This document shows positions 15,145 through 26,200 of a stretch of 64,000 nucleotides of DNA, piece by piece. The notes under the pieces were generated by a model. The model had not been told where the DNA came from. It worked only from the letters and a program-made list of their open reading frames with translations, and did no database searches. This stretch comes from Auanema rhodensis (taxonomy: Eukaryota > Animalia > Nematoda), in contig OZ059895.1 in NCBI GenBank assembly GCA_964057225.1, positions 5,828,001 through 5,892,000 of the forward strand. The letters are read 5' to 3'. The stretch's first letter is position 1, and the number at the start of each line of letters is the position of its first letter. A program made the position numbers and the translations under genes.

Positions 15145-15277
15145 TGATGTTGATGATTATGATGATGATAATGATGTCATTTTGTATGTTACAGTATGTT
15201 ATGTATATATATTTTGAATAATAAATTATAAATAAAGAAATTTAATATAATATTTATATTAAATATTAGAAAAATAA

Positions 15278-16307
15278 TTAGAAAAATGAATCAGGACGAG
15301 CTTGAATATAAGGTCTAATTGTTGGTAAAGATTCAAAACGATCACAATAGCTTTTTAAATTTGGAAAATGAGCCAAAAAATAACTATCATAACAACATTG
15401 GAAACGTGTAACCATTTCAATAAGAGCTATATCCGCCCAACAAATCTAAAAAAATTAAAATTTTGAATTTAAAATTTTAAAATAAATATTACCGTATTAC
15501 CAAAAAGATAAGTTGAAGTGGCAAGTCTAGTATCATATTCTGTAAGTTGTGGTACTAAAGATTGATTTTTAAAAATATCCCAACACGATTTCTTAAAAAA
15601 TATCAGAAAATTAAAATTAAAAAATAATTAATAAACTCTTTGCTCATAATTTTTGGTTAAAGTTGCTCTTATAATTGGATTAAGCTGACTATTTAATTGT
15701 TCCAATTCATTAATGATTTCATTAATTTTTTCTTGATCAGCAGAAGATTTACCATATAATCCTAAATATAAAATTCATTATAATACTTTATATTTTCAAT
15801 GAAATATCGCTTTTTGAAATTTCAAGCTTAAATATAGAACATGCTTAGGTTATTAAGCTCGAAAAGGTTTAACCTTATTTTAGTTAAAAGAACTCAAAAA
15901 AAAGCATTTTACATTGAACATATTTTTGTTTAATTAAAGTATAAAAAATAAAAAAAACTAGATTATACGTATAAATAAAGATATTTGTACATATATGAAA
16001 GTTATATTTGTATTTACCATAGTGCAAAGCCACATATCGACAGATGTCAATCACACCAATAATTGTTTTGGTTGAATTGATTTTCATTACAGGTAGCTTT
16101 GTATCATCATTAAATCCTTCTAAATATAAAATAATTTATAATTAATATAATTATTATAAACATACGCATCTTTCGACGAGCTTTCCATTGTGCTATAGTA
16201 ACTCTTGTATCATCATACTGTTGAGCACAGAAGACAAGCATAAGACGTATAGCTTCAGCTCTTCCACGTCCTGGCAATGATATAAGCTCCAATTGATCTT
16301 TAGGCAT
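15278..16307 (-). CDS. Glutathione S-transferase fold protein, sigma/nu-like (~211 aa, 5 exons)
   Basis: Exons 16307-16166, 16119-16018, 15761-15637, 15591-15493, 15445-15278 splice in frame. Motifs RGRAEAIRLML, KLPV, ICRYVA..YGLYGKS, YLFGNTICWADIAL, FPNLKSY...LPTIRPYIQARPDSFF*. Confidence 0.9.
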
Positions 16308-17102
16308 CTATTAATTTAAAAAAATACACATATAATATATAAACAATATAATGAAAAAACAATAAATTTGAAAAACTGTTTGTATGAAATGGAAATACGA
16401 AAATCATCGAAATGAAACGGAGAAGAGGAGATGAATGATGATTTGATGTGCGTATAGCAAATGAAAAGAGAGAAAAAACTTATAAAAACAAAAGAAAATT
16501 AAATAAAATTAAGTTAAATAATAAAAATTCAAAATACTTATTAATGAATTAAAAATCATTTGTGTTAAAATATTTCAAATAAAAACTGAAGAAATGAGAA
16601 ACACTAAGGGAACTTCTTCAAAATGACAAAAAAAAGAGTGAATAGGATGAAGAGAATGTAGAGAAAGTCAACATACAAATTTAAAACAAATATTTATCTG
16701 TAAGGATTCTTCAAGGCTTTTAAAATATTTTTTTTAAAGTCTGAAAAATGTTCTTTTTCTAAGGGAATTCAATATCTCTGACTGATTTTGATGTAAGACA
16801 TCATATGGTACTACTCTAACAACATTCCTCATTCAATGACTTCACTTTAACTTTCTCAAATAGATGATTTCTTAAAAAAATATTGAAAAACGAATATACA
16901 AATACTATGGAAAACAATAAATTTGAGAGAATTGTATTCTATATAAGACGTTTGGTTAAGCCTTCTTGTGCTTTTCAATGTCAAAAGACTGTTGGTCAAG
17001 TATCTTCAGTGCTTATACACACAAATCTTGAACGGTATGCACTTCAGTCAGTTCGATAGTTGCAACTTTCACTATAAAAATAGCATTTTTTGGTATAAAA
17101 AT

Positions 17103-17673
17103 ATATTTTTTAAAGATTTTTCTGATTGATAACAATATACTAAAATTCAAAAATGTTTCATTTTTTTAAATTTTTTAATAAAAAATTCAAAAAAAAAAAA
17201 GTTTTACATGTAGGAAAGAATGAGTTTTATTAAAAACAAAAAAAATAATATTTTATGGAAATAATTCAATTTTATAAGTTTTAGTTGATTTTGTATTCAT
17301 CTATTGAGTTATTCTATTCGTTCGCTACGAAATCGCAACAGTTGTTGCGAATATGAAGTTCTGTATTACATCAGAAAGCACTATGACATGTCCGTTGTGG
17401 TCTAGTGGTTAGGATTTATGGCTCTCACCCATAAGGCCGGGGTTCGATTCCCCGCAACGGAATAACTTTTCAAATTTTTTTTGTGCTTCAAACTCAACCG
17501 AAATACGGAAAAAAGAATATACATTTTCCAAATAATCATCTATCTGCCTACCTTAAAGAATTTAAAACCATTGATGAAGACAGAAAGATGACGAGTCATA
17601 ACACTAGTTGATGATACCGAGGCATTTGTCTGAGTTGGTTCTCTTTCCTCAACCAAACCAAGTTTTTGCTTAT
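17103..17673 (+). repeat. Left arm of 571-bp long inverted repeat (partner 49653-50223)
   Basis: Reverse complement of 49653-50223 with only 2 mismatches seen by eye; even the A12/T12 homopolymer matches. Contains the tRNA-Glu gene. Confidence 0.95.
17391..17462 (+). tRNA. tRNA-Glu(CTC)
   Basis: Acceptor stem TCCGTTG/CAACGGA, A box TGGTCTAGTGG, anticodon arm TATGG-CT-CTC-AC-CCATA, B box GGTTCGATTCC, downstream T-runs as Pol III terminator. Confidence 0.97.
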
Positions 17674-19653
17674 AAGCTCTGCTATTAGGATTTGAATGGT
17701 TTTGCTTAGAAACTTTATTCGAATGATTTAAATGGTTTTGCTTAGAAGCTCTGTTCTTTTGGCTTGAATAACGTTAAAAATATTTCTAGAAAAGCTCGGA
17801 AGACCGAGGTTCGGATCCCTTCAATGAAATATGAGTTTCGAAGTGTTTTGTGGTTCAAACTCAACCGAAATACGGAAAAAAGAATATACATTTTCCAAAT
17901 AATCATCTATCTGCCTACCTTAAAGAATTTAAAACCATTGATGAAGACAGAAAGATGACGAGTCATAACACTAGTTGATGATACCGAGGCATTTGTCTGA
18001 GTTGGTTCTCTTTCCTCAACCTAACCAAGTTTTTGCTTATAAGCTCTCCTATTTGGATTTTAATGATTTTGCTTAGAAACTTTATTCGAATGATTTGAAT
18101 GGTTTTGCTTAGAAGCTCTGTTCGTTTGGCTTGAATAACGTTAAAAATATTTCTAGAAAAGCTCGGAAGACCGAGGTTCGGATCCCTTCAATGAGATATG
18201 AGTTTCGAAGTGTTTTGTGGTTCAAACTCAACCGAAATACGGAAAAAAGAATATACATTTTCCAAATAATCATCTATCTGCCTACCTTAAAGAATTTAAA
18301 ACCATTGATGAAGACAGAAAGATGACGAGTCATAACACTAGTTGATGATACCGAGGCATTTGTCTGAGTTGGTTCTCTTTCCTCAACCTAACCAAGTTTT
18401 TGCTTATAAGCTCTCCTATTTGGATTTTAATGATTTTGCTTAGAAACTTTATTCGAATGATTTGAATGGTTTTGCTTAGAAGCTCTGTTCGTTTGGCTTG
18501 AATAACGTTAAAAATATTTCTAGAAAAGCTCGGAAGACCGAGGTTCGGATCCCTTCAATGAGATATGAGTTTCGAAGTGTTTTGTGCTTCAACTCAACCG
18601 AAATACGGAAAAAAGAATATACATTTTCCAAATAATCATCTATCTGCCTACCTTAAAGAATTTAAAACCATTGATGAAGACAGAAAGATGACGAGTCATA
18701 ACACTAGTTGATGATACCGAGGCATTTGTCTGAGTTGGTTCTCTTTCCTCAACCTAACCAAGTTTTTGCTTATAAGCTCTCCTATTTGGATTTTAATGAT
18801 TTTGCTTAGAAACTTTATTCGAATGATTTGAATGGTTTTGCTTAGAAGCTCTGTTCGTTTGGCTTGAATAACGTTAAAAATATTTCTAGAAAAGCTCGGA
18901 AGACCGAGGTTCGGATCCCTTCAATGAGATATGAGTTTCGAAGTGTTTTGTGCTTCAACTCAACCGAAATACGGAAAAAAGAATATACATTTTCCAAATA
19001 ATCATCTATCTGCCTACCTTAAAGAATTTAAAACCATTGATGAAGACAGAAAGATGACGAGTCATAACACTAGTTGATGATACCGAGGCATTTGTCTGAG
19101 TTGGTTCTCTTTCCTCAACCTAACCAAGTTTTTGCTTATAAGCTCTCCTATTTGGATTTTAATGATTTTGCTTAGAAACTTTATTCGAATGATTTGAATG
19201 GTTTTGCTTAGAAGCTCTGTTCGTTTGGCTTGAATAACGTTAAAAATATTTCTAGAAAAGCTCGGAAGACCGAGGTTCGGATCCCTTCAATGAGATATGA
19301 GTTTCGAAGTGTTTTGTGGTTCAAACTCAACCGAAATACGGAAAAAAGAATATACATTTTCCAAATAATCATCTATCTGCCTACCTTAAAGAATTTAAAA
19401 CCATCGATGAAGACAGAAAGATGACGAGTCATAACACTAGTTGATGATACCGAGGCATTTGTCTGAGTTGGTTCTCTTTCCTCAACCTAACCAAGTTTTT
19501 GCTTATAAGCTTTGCTATTTGGATTTGAATGATTTTGCTTAGAAACTTTATTCGAATGATTTGAATGGTTTTGCTTAGAAGCTCTGTTCGTTTGGCTTGA
19601 ATAACGTTAAAAATATTTCTAGAAAAGCTCGGAAGACCGTAGGTTCGCGTCCC
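17483..19653 (+). repeat. 367-bp tandem repeat, ~5.9 copies
   Basis: Unit starts at 17483, 17850, 18217, 18584, 18950, 19316 (two units are 366 bp). Internal 36-bp sub-repeat TTTTGCTTA(T/G)AA at 17664/17700/17736. B-box-like GGTTCGGATCCC once per unit. Confidence 0.97.
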
Positions 19654-19677
19654 AAAATTTATCTAGAAAATTTTCTG

Positions 19678-19704
19678 TTGCCGCACCCATATCAGATACG
19701 GCAA
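19678..19704 (+). promoter_or_regulatory. Candidate snRNA proximal sequence element (PSE)
   Basis: TTGCCGCACCCATATCAGATACGGCAA at -62 to -36 of U1, the expected PSE position; loosely resembles the bipartite nematode PSE as recalled. Confidence 0.45.
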
Positions 19705-19739
19705 TGAAATTAGTATGCCCAAGCAGTGATTCTACCATT

Positions 19740-19900
19740 AAACTTACCTGGCTGGGGGTTGTCCACGATCAACAAGGCGGACTCCCTACGAAGAGGCCTG
19801 ATCATTGCACTTTAGATTGGGCTGACCTGTATGGCAATCTCGAGTTGAGATTCGCCAACAGCTAAATTTTTGCGTTTGGGGACGCGTTCGCGCGTCCCTT
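19740..19900 (+). ncRNA. U1 snRNA (possibly a variant)
   Basis: 5' AAACTTACCTGG splice-site recognition end; SL1 loop GATCAACAAG; SL2 loop ATTGCAC (U1A site); SL3 GGCAATCTCGAGTTGAGATTCGCC; Sm site AATTTTTG; SL4 GGGACGCGTTCGCGCGTCCC. Confidence 0.95.
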
Positions 19901-20019
19901 ACAAGAGTATGGGCCGAAGAATTTTCACTCAACGAAAACTAAGTTTCTATTTCTTCTATCCGATTTTAGAAAAATTCGCTAAGAAGGAGTCTCGAGATTT
20001 TTTATTAAAATAGCAGATC

Positions 20020-20233
20020 ATAAGCAAAAACTTGGTTAGGTTGAGGAAAAAGAACCAACTCAGACAAATGCCTCGGTATCATCAACTAGTGTTATGACTC
20101 GTCATCTTTCTGTCTTCATCAATGGTTTTAAATTCTTTAAGGTAGGCAGATAGATGATTATTTGGAAAATGTATATTCTTTTTTCCGTATTTCGGTTGAG
20201 TTTGAACCACAAAACACTTCGAAACTCATATCT
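20020..20233 (-). repeat. Inverted 214-bp fragment of the 367-bp unit
   Basis: Near-identical reverse complement of 19293-19506; abuts the first 200-bp monomer directly. Confidence 0.93.
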
Positions 20234-23200
20234 ACCTTTTTTCCGGAAACAGGAGAATTCCTGGTGAAATCTCACTAAGAATTTCAGAATCTACACATCT
20301 GAATACCTAACCTTAAAGTATTTTTATTTGATTTTAGTTGATGATCTTTAAGTAAATCGAACATTCACCGGGCACAACGTGCCTACAGCCTGAACGTTTT
20401 TGTGAACAAAGCATGTGGATGGGGTCCAGATAAACCTTTTTTCCGGAAACAGGAGAGATCCTGGTGAAATCTCACTAAGAATTTCAGAATCTACACATCT
20501 GAATACCTAACCTTAACGTATTTTTATTTGATTTTAGTTGATGATCTTTAAGTAAATCGAACATTCACCGGGCACAACGTGCCTACAGCCTGAACGTTTT
20601 TGTGAACAAAGCATGTGGATGGGCTCCAGATAAACCTTTTTTCCGGAAACAGGAGAATTCCTGGTGAAATCTCACTAAGAATTTCAGAATCTACACATCT
20701 GAATACCTAACCTTAAAGTATTTTTATTTGATTTTAGTTGATGATCTTTAAGTAAATCGAACATTCACCGGGCACAACGTGCCTACAGCCTGAACGTTTT
20801 TGTGAACAAAGCATGTGGATGGGCTCCAGATAAACCTTTTTTCCGGAAACAGGAGAATTCCTGGTGAAATCTCACTAAGAATTTCAGAATCTACACATCT
20901 GAATACCTAACCTTAAAGTATTTTTATTTGATTTTAGTTGATGATCTTTAAGTAAATCGAACATTCACCGGGCACAACGTGCCTACAGCCTGAACGTTTT
21001 TGTGAACAAAGCATGTGAATGGGGTCCAGATAAACCTTTTTTCCGGAAACAGGAGAATTCCTGATGAAATCTCACTGAGAATTTCAGAATCTACACATCT
21101 GAATACCTAATCTTAAAGTATTTTTATTTGATTTTAGTTGATGATCTTTAAGTAAATCGAACATTCACCGGGCACAACGTGCCTACAGCCTGAACGTTTT
21201 TGTGAACAAAGCATGTGAATGGGGTCCAGATAAACCTTTTTTCCGGAAACAGGAGAATTCCTGGTGAAATCTCACTAAGAATTTCAGAATCTACACATCT
21301 GAATACCTAACCTTAAAGTATTTTTATTTGATTTTAGTTGATGATCTTTAAGTAAATCGAACATTCACCGGGCACAACGTGCCTACAGCCTGAACGTTTT
21401 TGTGAACAAAGCATGTGAATGGGGTCCAGATAAACCTTTTTTCCGGAAACAGGAGAATTCCTGGTGAAATCTCACTAAGAATTTCAGAATCTACACATCT
21501 GAATACCTAATCTTAAAGTATTTTTATTTGATTTTAGTTGATGATCTTTAAGTAAATCGAACATTCACCGGGCACAACGTGCCTACAGCCTGAACGTTTT
21601 TGTGAACAAAGCATGTGAATGGGGTCCAGATAAACCTTTTTTCCGGAAACAGGAGAATTCCTGGTGAAATCTCACTAAGAATTTCAGAATCTACACATCT
21701 GAATACCTAACCTTAAAGTATTTTTATTTGATTTTAGTTGATGATCTTTAAGTAAATCGAACATTCACCGGGCACAACGTGCCTACAGCCTGAACGTTTT
21801 TGTGAACAAAGCATGTGAATGGGGTCCAGATAAACCTTTTTTCCGGAAACAGGAGAATTCCTGGTGAAATCTCACTAAGAATTTCAGAATCTACACATCT
21901 GAATACCTAACCTTAAAGTATTTTTATTTGATTTTAGTTGATGATCTTTAAGTAAATCGAACATTCACCGGGCACAACGTGCCTACAGCCTGAACGTTTT
22001 TGTGAACAAAGCATGTGAATGGGGTCCAGATAAACCTTTTTTCCGGAAACAGGAGAATTCCTGGTGAAATCTCACTAAGAATTTCAGAATCTACACATCT
22101 GAATACCTAACCTTAAAGTATTTTTATTTGATTTTAGTTGATGATCTTTAAGTAAATCGAACATTCACCGGGCACAACGTGCCTACAGCCTGAACGTTTT
22201 TGTGAACAAAGCATGTGAATGGGGTCCAGATAAACCTTTTTTCCGGAAACAGGAGAATTCCTGGTGAAATCTCACTAAGAATTTCAGAATCTACACATCT
22301 GAATACCTAACCTTAAAGTATTTTTATTTGATTTTAGTTGATGATCTTTAAGTAAATCGAACATTCACCGGGCACAACGTGCCTACAGCCTGAACGTTTT
22401 TGTGAACAAAGCATGTGAATGGGGTCCAGATAAACCTTTTTTCCGGAAACAGGAGAATTCCTGGTGAAATCTCACTAAGAATTTCAGAATCTACACATCT
22501 GAATACCTAACCTTAAAGTATTTTTATTTGATTTTAGTTGATGATCTTTAAGTAAATCGAACATTCACCGGGCACAACGTGCCTACAGCCTGAACGTTTT
22601 TGTGAACAAAGCATGTGAATGGGGTCCAGATAAACCTTTTTTCCGGAAACAGGAGAATTCCTGATGAAATCTCACTGAGAATTTCAGAATCTACACATCT
22701 GAATACCTAATCTTAAAGTATTTTTATTTGATTTTAGTTGATGATCTTTAAGTAAATCGAACATTCACCGGGCACAACGTGCCTACAGTCTGAACGTTTT
22801 TGTGAACAAAGCATGTGAATGGGGTCCAGATAAACCTTTTTTCCGGAAACAGGAGAATTCCTGGTGAAATCTCACTAAGAATTTCAGAATCTACACATCT
22901 GAATACCTAATCTTAAAGTATTTTTATTTGATTTTAGTTGATGATCTTTAAGTAAATCGAACATTCACCGGGCACAACGTGCCTACAGTCTGAACGTTTT
23001 TGTGAACAAAGCATGTGAATGGGGTCCAGATAAACCTTTTTTCCGGAAACAGGAGAATTCCTGGTGAAATCTCACTAAGAATTTCAGAATCTACACATCT
23101 GAATACCTAATCTTAAAGTATTTTTATTTGATTTTAGTTGATGATCTTTAAGTAAATCGAACATTCACCGGGCACAACGTGCCTACAGCCTTAACGTTTT

Positions 23201-26200
23201 TGTGAACAAAGCATGTGAATGGGGTCCAGATAAACCTTTTTTCCGGAAACAGGAGAATTCCTGGTGAAATCTCACTAAGAATTTCAGAATCTACACATCT
23301 GAATACCTAACCTTAAAGTATTTTTATTTGATTTTAGTTGATGATCTTTAAGTAAATCGAACATTCACCGGGCACAACGTGCCTACAGCCTGAACGTTTT
23401 TGTGAACAAAGCATGTGAATGGGGTCCAGATAAACCTTTTTTCCGGAAACAGGAGAATTCCTGGTGAAATCTCACTAAGAATTTCAGAATCTACACATCT
23501 GAATACCTAACCTTAAAGTATTTTTATTTGATTTTAGTTGATGATCTTTAAGTAAATCGAACATTCACCGGGCACAACGTGCCTACAGCCTGAACGTTTT
23601 TGTGAACAAAGCATGTGAATGGGGTCCAGATAAACCTTTTTTCCGGAAACAGGAGAATTCCTGGTTAAATCTCACTAAGAATTTCAGAATCTACACATCT
23701 GAATACCTAACCTTAAAGTATTTTTATTTGATTTTAGTTGATGATCTTTAAGTAAATCGAACATTCACCGGGCACAACGTGCCTACAGCCTGAACGTTTT
23801 TGTGAACAAAGCATGTGAATGGGGTCCAGATAAACCTTTTTTCCGGAAACAGGAGAATTCCTGGTGAAATCTCACTAAGAATTTCAGAATCTACACATCT
23901 GAATACCTAACCTTAAAGTATTTTTATTTGATTTTAGTTGATGATCTTTAAGTAAATCGAACATTCACCGGGCACAACGTGCCTACAGCCTTAACGTTTT
24001 TGTGAACAAAGCATGTGAATGGGGTCCAGATAAACCTTTTTTCCGGAAACAGGAGAATTCCTGGTGAAATCTCACTAAGAATTTCAGAATCTACACATCT
24101 GAATACCTAACCTTAAAGTATTTTTATTTGATTTTAGTTGATGATCTTTAAGTAAATCGAACATTCACCGGGCACAACGTGCCTACAGCCTTAACGTTTT
24201 TGTGAACAAAGCATGTGAATGGGGTCCAGATAAACCTTTTTTCCGGAAACAGGAGAATTCCTGGTGAAATCTCACTAAGAATTTCAGAATCTACACATCT
24301 GAATACCTAACCTTAAAGTATTTTTATTTGATTTTAGTTGATGATCTTTAAGTAAATCGAACATTCACCGGGCACAACGTGCCTACAGCCTTAACGTTTT
24401 TGTGAACAAAGCATGTGAATGGGGTCCAGATAAACCTTTTTTCCGGAAACAGGAGAATTCCTGGTGAAATCTCACTAAGAATTTCAGAATCTACACATCT
24501 GAATACCTAACCTTAAAGTATTTTTTTTTGATTTTAGTTGATGATCTTTAAGTAAATCGAACATTCACCGGGCACAACGTGCCTACAGCCTGAACGTTTT
24601 TGTGAACAAAGCATGTGAATGGGGTCCAGATAAACCTTTTTTCCGGAAACAGGAGAATTCCTGGTGAAATCTCACTAAGAATTTCAGAATCTACACATCT
24701 GAATACCTAACCTTAAAGTATTTTTATTTGATTTTAGTTGATGATCTTTAAGTAAATCGAACATTCACCGGGCACAACGTGCCTACAGCCTTAACGTTTT
24801 TGTGAACAAAGCATGTGAATGGGGTCCAGATAAACCTTTTTTCCGGAAACAGGAGAATTCCTGGTGAAATCTCACTAAGAATTTCAGAATCTACACATCT
24901 GAATACCTAACCTTAAAGTATTTTTATTTGATTTTAGTTGATGATCTTTAAGTAAATCGAACATTCACCGGGCACAACGTGCCTACAGCCTGAACGTTTT
25001 TGTGAACAAAGCATGTGAATGGGGTCCAGATAAACCTTTTTTCCGGAAACAGGAGAATTCCTGGTGAAATCTCACTAAGAATTTCAGAATCTACACATCT
25101 GAATACCTAACCTTAAAGTATTTTTATTTGATTTTAGTTGATGATCTTTAAGTAAATCGAACATTCACCGGGCACAACGTGCCTACAGCCTGAACGTTTT
25201 TGTGAACAAAGCATGTGAATGGGGTCCAGATAAACCTTTTTTCCGGAAACAGGAGAATTCCTGGTGAAATCTCACTAAGAATTTCAGAATCTACACATCT
25301 GAATACCCAACCTTAAAGTATTTTTATTTGATTTTAGTTGATGATCTTTAAGTAAATCGAACATTCACCGGGCACAACGTGCCTACAGTCTGAACGTTTT
25401 TGTGAACAAAGCATGTGGATGGGGTCCAGATAAACCTTTTTTCCGGAAACAGGAGAGATCCTGGTGAAATCTCACTAAGAATTTCAGAATCTACACATCT
25501 GAATACCTAACCTTAAAGTATTTTTATTTGATTTTAGTTGATGATCTTTAAGTAAATCGAACATTCACCGGGCACAACGTGCCTACAGCCTGAACGTTTT
25601 TGTGAACAAAGCATGTGGATGGGGTCCAGATAAACCTTTTTTCCGGAAACAGGAGAGATCTTGGTGTAATCTCACTAAGAATTTCAGAATCTACACAACT
25701 GAATACCTAACCTTAAAGTATTTTTATTTGATTTTAGTTGATGATCTTTAAGTAAATCGAACATTCACCGGGCACAACGTGCCTACAGTCTGAACGTTTT
25801 TGTGAACAAAGCATGTGAATGGGGTCCAGATAAACCTTTTTTCCGGAAACAGGAGAATTCCTGGTGAAATCTCACTAAGAATTTCAGAATCTACACATCT
25901 GAATACCTAACCTTAAAGTATTTTTATTTGATTTTAGTTGATGATCTTTAAGTAAATCGAACATTCACCGGGCACAACGTGCCTACAGCCTGAACGTTTT
26001 TGTGAACAAAGCATGTGGATGGGGTCCAGATAAACCTTTTTTCCGGAAACAGGAGAGATCTTGGTGTAATCTCACTAAGAATTTCAGAATCTACACAACT
26101 GAATACCTAACCTTAAAGTATTTTTATTTGATTTTAGTTGATGATCTTTAAGTAAATCGAACATTCACCGGGCACAACGTGCCTACAGTCTGAACGTTTT

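Noticed and set aside
17090-17110. Target-site duplication or classical TIR transposon end
   Set aside because: The flanks (...GGTATAAAAAT and TTCAAAGTTTT...) share no clear direct repeat, and no superfamily-diagnostic terminus or transposase is visible.
17764-19424. Three 64-aa ORFs (MNNVKNISRK...)
   Set aside because: TTG starts inside the 367-bp repeat, frameshifted in two other units, and no recognisable domain.
20306-20316. Telomeric repeats (CCTAACCTTAA in monomers; scattered TTAGGC)
   Set aside because: Only isolated single units, with no tandem telomeric tract.
20365-20387. mir-35-family miRNA gene on the + strand
   Set aside because: The seed matches, but the adjacent sequence cannot form a pre-miRNA hairpin.
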